Shown here in pieces: positions 17,414 to 25,595 of a stretch of DNA of 39,781 nucleotides (the first letter of the stretch is position 1; the number at the start of each line of letters is the position of its first letter). Under the pieces are notes generated by a model. It was not told the DNA's origin, did not search any database, and saw only the letters and a program-made list of their open reading frames with translations. The position numbers were made by a program, and so were the translations under genes. This DNA is from Vicingaceae bacterium (GTDB taxonomy: Bacteria > Bacteroidota > Bacteroidia > Flavobacteriales_E > Vicingaceae), in contig JBFIEB010000001.1 in NCBI GenBank assembly GCA_041603555.1, forward strand, positions 1-39,781. The letters run 5' to 3'.

Positions 17414-17496
17414 GATGTATTTTCATATAAAAATACATTGATAGATAATATAATATGATAACATTTATTATGAAAAATATTCTTTTATCTCATTGT

Positions 17497-18021
17497 TTAT
17501 TTCCATTTTCCTTTAAAGGCAATCTCTGCGACACTTTTTCTTCCTTTTACTCCCGATTTCCCTTCATAATATCCTAAAGCAATTGCAGTTACAGGTTCAA
17601 AATCTTCTGGAATATTTAATTTATCTATTGCTTTTTGAAGCTCTATTCCTGACATTTGGTGTACATATATTCCCATGGATGTAGCCTGAACAAGTAAGTT
17701 GCCTACAGCCAAACCTAAATCGTGTTGTGCTGTTCTATTTGTATTGTTATTGTGAGAGAAATTTTTACTTACAGCAGTGATTATTAATACAGCAACTTTT
17801 TTTGTCCAATCTTGATTCCCCTGTGATAAACACTCATGTATTGTATTAAATTCTTTTTTATCTTGTCTTAAGGCATAAATAAATCGCCAAGGTTGCTCAT
17901 TATATGCTGAAGGAGCCATTCCTGCTGCTTCAAATAAAACCATTAGATCTTTCTCTGATATTTTTTTGTCCGTAAAATCATACGGACTAAATCTTTTTTT
18001 TATTAAATCTATTACTTCCAT
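17497..18021 (-). CDS. Nitroreductase family protein
   Basis: 174 aa with RFSPYDF, APSAYNEQPWRF and the general fold pattern. Confidence 0.9.
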   Translation of the reverse strand: MEVIDLIKKRFSPYDFTDKKISEKDLMVLFEAAGMAPSAYNEQPWRFIYALRQDKKEFNTIHECLSQGNQDWTKKVAVLIITAVSKNFSHNNNTNRTAQHDLGLAVGNLLVQATSMGIYVHQMSGIELQKAIDKLNIPEDFEPVTAIALGYYEGKSGVKGRKSVAEIAFKGKWK

Positions 18022-18024
18022 TTT

Positions 18025-18777
18025 TTAATTGTTTACTAATTCTAAATATGTTTGATACGTAAGTTGTTTTGGAACAGCTATTTCAAATAACCTTGTTTCC
18101 AAATTCACAACTATATTTAATTCCCCTTCATCTTGCACTTTTATAAAATCATGTTTCAATAATCCTTTTCCATTAATACTTACTTCTCCATCCAATAAAT
18201 AAAAAGAATGAATCTTATCTACATTTAATGGAAATTGGTAATTGCCTTTTTGAAAAGTTATTTCTCTAATCTCAACACCTTCTGAATCCATAGCTATTGG
18301 TCCCCCATTGCCCACATAATGTTTATAAGAAATCTCATCATCTTCCACATAATTCATATCGTCAGATTTATAATCATCGTAAGTGGCGTCCTGTGATATC
18401 GTTTTTTTGATGTTTGGATCAAACCAGATTTGAAACATTCTACCGCCTTCCATTAATCGTTCCGCATGAGTAATTCCACTTCCAGAGCGAATAATTTGAG
18501 CATCACCCTTATTCAATGATAACCATCTATCAAATTTGCTATCATAATGCTGAATTTCACCTTCTATTACAAACGACATAATTTCAAACATTTTATGGGG
18601 ATGCTCACCTATTAAGCCTCCTAAATCTGACCAAGCATTTGCCCAATAAAACAAGTTAGAATAAGGTTGTTGGTTTCCTCCATCTTGAGGAAATCCTATT
18701 GGCTTATTTTCTAAAATAGCTCCACCTGCAAATGCACCACTTGCTTGTTGTTCTTTTGATGTTATTTCTATCGCCAT
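18025..18777 (-). CDS. Pirin family protein
   Basis: The cupin metal site is HPHKMFEIMSFVIEGEIQHYDS ... GITHAE. The likely start is ATG 18777 (MAIEITS...) rather than the track start at 18807. Confidence 0.85.
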   Translation of the reverse strand: MAIEITSKEQQASGAFAGGAILENKPIGFPQDGGNQQPYSNLFYWANAWSDLGGLIGEHPHKMFEIMSFVIEGEIQHYDSKFDRWLSLNKGDAQIIRSGSGITHAERLMEGGRMFQIWFDPNIKKTISQDATYDDYKSDDMNYVEDDEISYKHYVGNGGPIAMDSEGVEIREITFQKGNYQFPLNVDKIHSFYLLDGEVSINGKGLLKHDFIKVQDEGELNIVVNLETRLFEIAVPKQLTYQTYLELVNN

Positions 18778-18825
18778 AATTTTATTATAAAATATATGTA
18801 TATACATATATTTGGTTAATTTTTT

Positions 18826-19275
18826 TTATTCTCTAATTTTTTCTAATATTAGATTTATAATCTTTGCTTCTTTTTCACTGATTTTACTTTTTATATTACC
18901 TAACTTGCTCATTTCTTTTTCAGCTTCCAATAGTAACGCCAGCCCTTTTTTTGAAACCCTTACATCTACTTGCCTCCTATCATGCTCACAAATAACACGC
19001 TCAATTAGTCCTTTTTGTCTAAGCTTCTCTACCAACCTACTGGCATTAGACATTTTGTCAATCATTCTACTTATAATATTGTTAACAGAAATAGCATTCT
19101 TCCCTTGCCCTTTAAGAATTCTAAGCACATTGTATTGTTGAGTACTTATTCCAAAAGGTTTTAAAATACGATTAGAATCTGCTTCTAACCAATTACCAGT
19201 AAACAATATGTTTAGTATCGCTTTTTGGAATTCAGATTGAAATTTTTCTTGTTTTAATTCGTCCTCTAATCGCAT
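18826..19275 (-). CDS. MarR family transcriptional regulator
   Basis: 149 aa with a winged-HTH text (ISTQQYNVLRILKGQGKNAISVNNIISRMIDKMSNASRLVEKLRQKGLIERV...DRRQVDVRVSKKG). Confidence 0.9.
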   Translation of the reverse strand: MRLEDELKQEKFQSEFQKAILNILFTGNWLEADSNRILKPFGISTQQYNVLRILKGQGKNAISVNNIISRMIDKMSNASRLVEKLRQKGLIERVICEHDRRQVDVRVSKKGLALLLEAEKEMSKLGNIKSKISEKEAKIINLILEKIRE

Positions 19276-19293
19276 AACTCTTGTTTAACACTA

Positions 19294-19301
19294 CAAATAT
19301 A
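19294..19301 (-). promoter_or_regulatory. -7 box (TATATTTG) upstream of marR
   Basis: The minus strand reads TATATTTG, 18 nt upstream of ATG 19275. Confidence 0.4.
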
Positions 19302-19310
19302 TACAAAAAC

Positions 19311-19332
19311 ATTTAATGTATATACATTAAAT
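19311..19332. promoter_or_regulatory. Perfect 22-bp palindrome, candidate MarR operator
   Basis: ATTTAATGTAT/ATACATTAAAT is its own reverse complement. It sits 36-57 nt upstream of the marR ATG and immediately upstream of the -7 box, so it covers the -35-equivalent region. Confidence 0.5.
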
Positions 19333-19373
19333 TAAATGAATTTTAAGGCGAAGCATCATCTTCTCCCTAAAAC

Positions 19374-20327
19374 TTATACATTTTGTGTTAAAGCATTATT
19401 AATATTCTTCTCTACACGATTTAGCACATCAGAAACATCCGATTTTATAAAAGCATCACCTGTAATGTGTTCATATAATTCAATATACCTTTCTGATACT
19501 TCGTTAATAAATTCTTCAGACATTTCAGGTATCACTTGACCCTCTTGACCTTGAAACCCATTTTCGATTAGCCACTGGCGAACAAATTCTTTAGATAATT
19601 GTTTTTGTTTTTCACCAGCATCCTGACGTGCTTGATAACCTTCAGCATAGAAATAACGGGAAGAATCGGGTGTATGAATCTCATCAATTAAATAAATCTC
19701 ATCACCAACCTTCCCAAATTCATATTTAGTATCCACTAGAATCAATCCTTTCTCGGCAGCGATATCTGTTCCTCTTTGAAATATTCTTTTAGTGTAATCT
19801 TCAAGTTTCAAATAATCTTCTTCAGATACAATTCCTTGGGAAAGAATTTCTTCTCTACTAATATCTTCATCATGGCCAACACTAGCTTTAGTTGTTGGAG
19901 TAATAATTGGCTGAGGGAATTTATCATTCTCTTTCATTCCATCTGGCATAACAACTCCACAAATCATACGTTTCCCTTCTTTATATTCCCTCCAAGCATG
20001 GCCAGATAAATAACCTCTTATTACCATTTCCACCATAAATGGTTCGCACATTTTTCCAATAGTAACGCTCGGGTCTGGCACATCTATTACCCAATTTTGA
20101 ACAATATCTTCAGTCGCTTTTAAAAACTTGGCAGCAATTTGATTTAAGACTTGTCCTTTAAAAGGGATAGCCTTAGGTAATACCACATCGAAAGCAGATA
20201 TTCGATCCGAAACAATCATCACTAATAATTCATTATCTATGGTATACACTTCTCTTACTTTTCCCTTGTAATACTTTGTTTGACCAGGGAAATTGAAATT
20301 AGTTTCTTTAATCGCATTTGTTTGCAT
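19374..20327 (-). CDS. purC: Phosphoribosylaminoimidazole-succinocarboxamide synthase (SAICAR synthetase), long form
   Basis: 317 aa with [24 protein letters not shown] and [13 protein letters not shown] motifs. Confidence 0.95.
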   Translation of the reverse strand: MQTNAIKETNFNFPGQTKYYKGKVREVYTIDNELLVMIVSDRISAFDVVLPKAIPFKGQVLNQIAAKFLKATEDIVQNWVIDVPDPSVTIGKMCEPFMVEMVIRGYLSGHAWREYKEGKRMICGVVMPDGMKENDKFPQPIITPTTKASVGHDEDISREEILSQGIVSEEDYLKLEDYTKRIFQRGTDIAAEKGLILVDTKYEFGKVGDEIYLIDEIHTPDSSRYFYAEGYQARQDAGEKQKQLSKEFVRQWLIENGFQGQEGQVIPEMSEEFINEVSERYIELYEHITGDAFIKSDVSDVLNRVEKNINNALTQNV

Positions 20328-20348
20328 AATCTATTAAATTTTAGAATA

Positions 20349-20356
20349 CAAAACTA
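20349..20356 (-). promoter_or_regulatory. -7 box (TAGTTTTG) upstream of purC
   Basis: The minus strand matches TAnnTTTG, 21 nt upstream of ATG 20327. Confidence 0.35.
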
Positions 20357-20435
20357 AAAAAGGTATTGCTTGCATTATGTTGACTAATTAAAAAGTAATT
20401 AACTTTTTTTGAACAAAGAGTAAAAATTAGGTAAT

Positions 20436-20463
20436 AAAAAAAAGCCCATCTATGATGGGCTTT
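20436..20463 (-). terminator. Rho-independent terminator after csp
   Basis: The minus strand reads AAAGCCCATC-ATA-GATGGGCTTT followed by a T run. It lies 27 nt downstream of the csp stop. Confidence 0.7.
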
Positions 20464-20489
20464 GTTCTTTGAATAAGTTAGAATATATA

Positions 20490-20681
20490 TTAAACTACTT
20501 TTACGTTTACCGCGTTCATTCCTTTTTGACCTTCTTGTAATTCAAATTCAACTTCGTCACCTTCGTTAATTTCATCAATTAAACCAGATACATGTACGAA
20601 ATGATCTTTATCTACTCCTTCTTCAGTTATAAAACCAAAACCTTTGGTAGCATTAAAGAATTTTACTGTTCCTTTACTCAT
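20490..20681 (-). CDS. Cold-shock protein (CspA family)
   Basis: 63 aa: MSKGTVKFFNATKGFGFITEEG...HFVHVSGL, with RNP1/RNP2 motifs. Confidence 0.95.
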   Translation of the reverse strand: MSKGTVKFFNATKGFGFITEEGVDKDHFVHVSGLIDEINEGDEVEFELQEGQKGMNAVNVKVV

Positions 20682-20710
20682 TATTATAATTTATTAATTA
20701 ATATTAGACA

Positions 20711-20718
20711 CAAAATTA
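20711..20718 (-). promoter_or_regulatory. -7 box (TAATTTTG) upstream of csp
   Basis: The minus strand matches TAnnTTTG, 30 nt upstream of ATG 20681. Confidence 0.35.
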
Positions 20719-20835
20719 GTACTTTTTTTTGACTTTTGACATATATTTGAGTAACACACTCATATTTGGGGAAATAAATACATTTTAAAATTACAATTCA
20801 AGAATTCTGACAACCCCACTTAAAATAAATAATTT

Positions 20836-21609
20836 TTACCAACTCCCTCCTGCTCCACCACCTCCAAAACTGCCACCTCCAAAACCACCGAAGCTACCTC
20901 CTCCAGAACCAAAGTTTCCAAAAGAACCTCCATGGTTACGGTTGGTTGCATTTAACAATGCCCAAGCAGCCCAAAACCCCATACCATTAGTTGAAGCATA
21001 TTTTCGAGTTCTCCCTGCTTTCATAACCATTATAATAATAAAGATGAGTAGAATCCCAATAAATGGTAATATCTTACGCCAATTTGATTTGCTTTTATAT
21101 TCGTCTGCAGAGAATTCTCCTGAAGTAATAGACATTACCGTACTTACTGCACTTTCAATCCCACCATAATAATCCTTTTCTTTAAAACGAGGTATCATTT
21201 CCATTTCCACAATTCGCTTAGCAATCGCATCCGGTAAAACACCTTCTAATCCATAACCAGGGGCAATAAACACTTCTCCCCTCCCATCAATTTCCTTGGG
21301 TTTTACCATTATTACAATTCCATTGTCTTTTCCATCTTGCCCTACCCCCCATTTCTCACCCAATGTATAAGTAAACTCTGATTTTTCGTAACCGCATAAA
21401 TCAGTTACAGTAACCACCAATATTTGATTGGAAACCGTATCATTAAAAGCAATCAAAGCTTGTCTTAAGTCTTGTTCTTCTGAATCTGTCATTACTTCAG
21501 CATAATCTTGCACTAAATTTTGTACTGGTTTTTGGTCCAATAAACAATCCTGAGCATTTGAACTTGCAAAAATGTTTAACAGTAATAATATAGATAGTAT
21601 TTTTTTCAT
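20836..21609 (-). CDS. TPM domain-containing protein (YgcG-like) with TM helix and Gly-rich tail
   Basis: Signal peptide, then a TPM/DUF477-like core (VQDYAEVMTDSEEQDLRQAL..., NGIVIMV..., GYGLEGVLPDAI). This is followed by the TM helix ILPFIGILLIFIIIMV and a GGSFGGFGGGSFGGGGAGGSW tail. Confidence 0.85.
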   Translation of the reverse strand: MKKILSILLLLNIFASSNAQDCLLDQKPVQNLVQDYAEVMTDSEEQDLRQALIAFNDTVSNQILVVTVTDLCGYEKSEFTYTLGEKWGVGQDGKDNGIVIMVKPKEIDGRGEVFIAPGYGLEGVLPDAIAKRIVEMEMIPRFKEKDYYGGIESAVSTVMSITSGEFSADEYKSKSNWRKILPFIGILLIFIIIMVMKAGRTRKYASTNGMGFWAAWALLNATNRNHGGSFGNFGSGGGSFGGFGGGSFGGGGAGGSW

Positions 21610-21651
21610 AATTATTACCGGACTTGTTCCGGTATCTTTTTATTAACAGAC

Positions 21652-21691
21652 CTCGCAACAACACTTCGACTTCGCTCAGTGTGCAGCGAGG
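21652..21691. repeat. Intercistronic REP-like element, copy A (CCTCGC...GCGAGG inverted repeat enclosing the core TTCGACTTCGCTCA)
   Basis: The core is at 21665-21678, and the outer 6-nt arms are at 21652-21657 and 21686-21691. A separate GC-rich hairpin, ACCGGA-CTTGT-TCCGGT, lies at 21618-21634. Confidence 0.5.
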
Positions 21692-21701
21692 ATGGTTTTA
21701 A

Positions 21702-22139
21702 TTATTTTCCAAATGAAATATCATCGGTTAATTCATTCGAATCATTATGTCCTTTATGTGGAAAATGTTGTTTTAACTGTTCTCCGGCCATTAATATTCC
21801 TTCAGAAAGACCTTTTGTAAATTCACCATTTTTAAAATTTGAAACCATAAAATCCCTAATGTTATCCCAAAAACCGGATGGAACTTTTTGGTTTATCCCG
21901 GCATCACCTAAAATGGCCAGTTTTCTGTCTTCTACTGCCAAGTAAAAAAGCACTCCATTCCTTAGCTCCGTTTTTTGCATTTCCAGTTGATCAAACATAA
22001 ATGCAGCATGATCCAATACATCCTCTTTACATTTTCGCTCCAGGTGTACCCTAATTTCACCGGAGGTGTTTAATTCCGCTTCTTTAACAGCAGCAACAAT
22101 TTGTTGCTGCTCTTGTTCTGTAAATAAATCTTTTGCCAT
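21702..22139 (-). CDS. TPM domain-containing protein (cytoplasmic-type paralog)
   Basis: 145 aa with IVAAVKEAELNTSGEIRVHL, NGVLFYLAVEDRKLAILGDAGI and FKNGEFTKGLSEGI. This is TPM/DUF477 text. Confidence 0.8.
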   Translation of the reverse strand: MAKDLFTEQEQQQIVAAVKEAELNTSGEIRVHLERKCKEDVLDHAAFMFDQLEMQKTELRNGVLFYLAVEDRKLAILGDAGINQKVPSGFWDNIRDFMVSNFKNGEFTKGLSEGILMAGEQLKQHFPHKGHNDSNELTDDISFGK

Positions 22140-22162
22140 TTTTATTTTGATTTAACTGCTTT

Positions 22163-22214
22163 CTGAGCGAAGCCGAAAAAGAAGTTAATAATTATTTCAT
22201 TTCGACTTCGCTCA
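22163..22214. repeat. Intercistronic REP-like element, copies B and C as an inverted repeat
   Basis: The left arm is CTGAGCGAAGCCGAAA (22163-22178) and the right arm is TTTCGACTTCGCTCA (22200-22214). 14 of 15 positions are complementary, separated by a 21-nt AT-rich loop. The core is the same as copy A. Confidence 0.55.
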
Positions 22215-22229
22215 ATGAGAGCAATCTTA

Positions 22230-22850
22230 TTAAAATTCTACTTTAGGTGCTATTTCTGCGTCTTTTGTTACCACCTGAAAAGGTTCTTTCTTTTCAAAAT
22301 TATCATCTTCTTCACTAAACCAGGATAATGCCCAGCCTCTAAACTTTCCTCTTATGTGCGAGTTGTAGGTCTTTACAGCTTCATTGTATTTATTTCTGGC
22401 TACATTTATTCTATTCTCAGTTCCTTCTAATTGCGCTTGCAATTCCAAAAAGTTTTGGTTGGCCTTTAAATCAGGATAACGCTCTACCACTACCATTAAT
22501 TTTCCTAATGCAGATGTTATCCCACCCTGTGCCTGTTGAAATTTTTGGATAGAAGCAGCATCTAATTTTGAAGGGTCAATATTAATACTGGTTGCTTTTG
22601 CTCTTGCTTCGATAACAGCTGTTAATGTTTCTTGCTCATGCTCGGCATAACCTTTAACAACGTTAACCAGATTTGGAATTAAATCTGCTCTTCGTTGATA
22701 TGAATTTTCAACATTTCCCCACATTTCAATAGTCGTTTCTTGATTATTAATGGCAGAATCATAAACTCCATTAGCCCATTTTATTATTCCAAATACACTT
22801 ATTAATAATATTCCAATTACTGCAATAAAAATAATTAATCCTTTTTTCAT
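22230..22850 (-). CDS. lemA: LemA family protein
   Basis: 206 aa. An N-terminal TM helix is followed by LemA text (VENSYQRRADLIPNLVNVVKGYAEHEQETL, RYPDLKANQNFLELQAQLEGTENRI, AVKTYN). Confidence 0.9.
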   Translation of the reverse strand: MKKGLIIFIAVIGILLISVFGIIKWANGVYDSAINNQETTIEMWGNVENSYQRRADLIPNLVNVVKGYAEHEQETLTAVIEARAKATSINIDPSKLDAASIQKFQQAQGGITSALGKLMVVVERYPDLKANQNFLELQAQLEGTENRINVARNKYNEAVKTYNSHIRGKFRGWALSWFSEEDDNFEKKEPFQVVTKDAEIAPKVEF

Positions 22851-22866
22851 TTTCTCGTTTTTAGGT

Positions 22867-24762
22867 TTATATCAATTCTAAACTTTGATTGATAAATTTA
22901 GTTAATTCTTCTCCTTTTAGCATGTTTTGTGATAATAATGCTAAATCAGCCGTTCGCTTCGTAAGCTCAGCCTGTTTTTTCTTATTTTTTTCACCTAAAA
23001 TTTTACCAATTAATGGATGATTGGTGTTAACAACCAAGTTGTAAGTTTCTGGCATAGCTCCACCAAACATATTCATACCACCTCCACCAACTGCACTCAT
23101 ATCCTTCATCCTTCTCATAAACTCAGGTTGAACAATGGTCATTGGTTGATCAGTTTCGCTCATACTTTCAAACTGAACTGTGAATTTTTCTTTCGGCATC
23201 ACACCTTCTATCACAGGTTGTAATTTTTCTTTTTCCTTATCATCTAATTTAGATGGGATATCTTCATTTTTATTAATCAGCTTATCAATAGTATCAGCAT
23301 CTACTCTGGTAAATGTGGTATTCTCCATTGTCTGTTCTAGCTTACCCACTAAATGAGCTGTTAAATGCGTATCCATTACCAGCACTTCATACCCTTTTGT
23401 AGTGGCAGCATTAATAAATGAATGTTGCTCTTCTACATTATTAGTGTATAAATAAACCAACTTATCATCTTTATCTTTTTGAGCAGGCGTAATTTTCTTT
23501 GTTAATTCTTCCATGGTGTAATACTTACCATCTGTTGTTTTATACAATGCAAATTTTACAGCTCTTTCTGCAAATTTCTCATCCGATAACATTCCATATT
23601 CAATAAATATTTTAATGTCATCCCATTTGCTTTCAAAATCTGCCCTGTTTTTCTTAAATAATTCTTCTAGCTTATCCGAAACCTTCTTAGAAATATGACT
23701 AGCTATTTTCTTAACAGCTCCATCTGCTTGTAAATAAGAACGAGAAACGTTTAATGGGATATCTGGAGAATCTATTACGCCATGCAACAGCGTTAAGAAG
23801 TCAGGAACGATACCTTCTACAGAGTCGGTAATAAATACCTGTTTAGAAAACAATTGGATTTTATCCTTTTGCACTTCCATGTTCGGACTAATCTTAGGGA
23901 AATATAAAATTCCTGTTAGATTAAAAGGGTAATCTACATTTAAATGAATGTTAAATAAAGGATTCTCAAAATTCATAGGGTACAACTCTTTATAAAAGTT
24001 GTTGTAATCCTCTTCTTTTAAAGATGAGGGAGCTTTTGTCCAGGCTGGAGAAGGATTATTAACAATATTATCAACTTTAACCTCTTTTTGAGGTACTTTT
24101 CCATCTTTATCTTTTTTTCCTTTTTTATCATCTACCCATTCAGATTTTTGCCCAAACTTAATGGCAACTGGCATAAACTTGCAGTACTTATCTAGCAAGG
24201 TTTTAATTCTTGATTCTTCTAAAAATTCAGTGGAATCTTCAGCGATGTAAAGAATGATTTCCGTCCCCCTATCCTTTTTATCATGAGCCTTTAAACTATA
24301 CTCTGGACTTCCATCACACTCCCATATTACAGCACTTTCATCTTGGTAAGATTTAGTAATGATTTGAACTTTCTCAGCCACCATATAAGCCGAATAAAAA
24401 CCCAATCCAAATTTTCCAATAATTCCAGCAGCATCTTCCTGGTCTTTAAACTTATCGACAAACTCTTCGGCTCCAGAAAAAGCAATTTGATTGATGTACT
24501 TCTTTACTTCTTCTTCTGTCATACCAATACCTTTATCCTTTACAGTTAAAGTTTTAGCAGTTTTATCCAAGATAACTTCAATAGTATCGTCTCCAATATT
24601 TCCTTTAAAATCTCCCAAAGAAGACAATGCTTTCAGCTTTTTAGTAGCATCTGTTGCATTCGCAATCAACTCTCTCAAAAATATTTCATGATCAGAGTAT
24701 AAAAACTTCTTAATAATTGGAAAGATGTTTTCCGTTGTTACTTTAATTTTTCCTTTTGCCAT
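22867..24762 (-). CDS. htpG: Molecular chaperone HtpG (Hsp90)
   Basis: 631 aa with FLRELIANATDA, DKGIGMT, GKFGLGFYSAYMVA and LNVSRSYLQ motifs. Confidence 0.97.
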   Translation of the reverse strand: MAKGKIKVTTENIFPIIKKFLYSDHEIFLRELIANATDATKKLKALSSLGDFKGNIGDDTIEVILDKTAKTLTVKDKGIGMTEEEVKKYINQIAFSGAEEFVDKFKDQEDAAGIIGKFGLGFYSAYMVAEKVQIITKSYQDESAVIWECDGSPEYSLKAHDKKDRGTEIILYIAEDSTEFLEESRIKTLLDKYCKFMPVAIKFGQKSEWVDDKKGKKDKDGKVPQKEVKVDNIVNNPSPAWTKAPSSLKEEDYNNFYKELYPMNFENPLFNIHLNVDYPFNLTGILYFPKISPNMEVQKDKIQLFSKQVFITDSVEGIVPDFLTLLHGVIDSPDIPLNVSRSYLQADGAVKKIASHISKKVSDKLEELFKKNRADFESKWDDIKIFIEYGMLSDEKFAERAVKFALYKTTDGKYYTMEELTKKITPAQKDKDDKLVYLYTNNVEEQHSFINAATTKGYEVLVMDTHLTAHLVGKLEQTMENTTFTRVDADTIDKLINKNEDIPSKLDDKEKEKLQPVIEGVMPKEKFTVQFESMSETDQPMTIVQPEFMRRMKDMSAVGGGGMNMFGGAMPETYNLVVNTNHPLIGKILGEKNKKKQAELTKRTADLALLSQNMLKGEELTKFINQSLELI

Positions 24763-24872
24763 TTTTAAATTTTTTTATTCCGGATGGGTATAGTCAAAGT
24801 GTATGCCATTGCATTTTTAATGACATAATGACTGAAAAACAGTGATAATAAAGATTTTTAGACTGACAAAAA

Positions 24873-25595
24873 TTATCTTCTGGCAAATTCAGAACACAAA
24901 ATAGCAGTCGCAACCGACACGTTTAACGATTCTGCATTTCCATATTTTGGAATAGCAATCTTATTAGTAATAAAAGGAGTCAACACATCAGAAATACCTT
25001 TGGACTCATTGCCTAACAATAAAACACTTCCTTTTGAATTTAAATCTATTGTGTAAACATCTTGACCTTCTAAGAATGCCCCGTAAACGTTTAAATTAAA
25101 TTTATCAGTAAAGAATTCGGTTAAGTTGGTGTAAATTAGATTCACTCGAAAAAAAGAACCCATTGTGGCTTGAATCACTTTAGGATTGTAAACATCCACA
25201 CAATCTTTAGAGCAAATAATATTCTGAACACCGAACCAATCTGCTGTTCTAATAATCGCTCCCATATTTCCCGGGTCTTGAATATTATCTAATGCAATAG
25301 TTAAAGATGAAGAAATATCAATCAATTGATTTTCTTTTTGTTTGACTACTGCTAAAACTTCATTAGGTGTTTTAAGGGAAGAAATGCTAGCTAGTTCTTT
25401 TTCTGACACTTCAACATATTCAATTGATGAAGGATTGACCCAAGAATTAGTAGCGAAAATAGTTTCAATCTGGTAATCAGATCCCATTAATTCACTTACA
25501 ATCTTTACTCCCTCAACAACAAAAGCTTGATACTGAGTTCTAAATTTTTTCTGTTTTAATGAATTAACAAACTTCTTCTGGTTCCCACTTATCAT
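24873..25595 (-). CDS. TrmH/SpoU family RNA 2'-O-methyltransferase
   Basis: 240 aa with DNIQDPGNMGAIIRTADWFG, LLLGNESKGIS and IPKYGNAESLNVSVATAI. Its ATG overlaps the upstream gene's TAA (TAATG). Confidence 0.9.
   Translation of the reverse strand: MISGNQKKFVNSLKQKKFRTQYQAFVVEGVKIVSELMGSDYQIETIFATNSWVNPSSIEYVEVSEKELASISSLKTPNEVLAVVKQKENQLIDISSSLTIALDNIQDPGNMGAIIRTADWFGVQNIICSKDCVDVYNPKVIQATMGSFFRVNLIYTNLTEFFTDKFNLNVYGAFLEGQDVYTIDLNSKGSVLLLGNESKGISDVLTPFITNKIAIPKYGNAESLNVSVATAILCSEFARR

Noticed and set aside
17415-17438. Near-perfect AT-only palindrome ATGTATTTTCATATAAAAATACAT between the nitroreductase and cytochrome c genes.
   Set aside because: It is entirely A/T with one mismatch, so the hairpin is weak. 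Palindromes like this arise readily in AT-rich spacers, and there is no G/C clamp or clear T tail to call it a terminator or operator.
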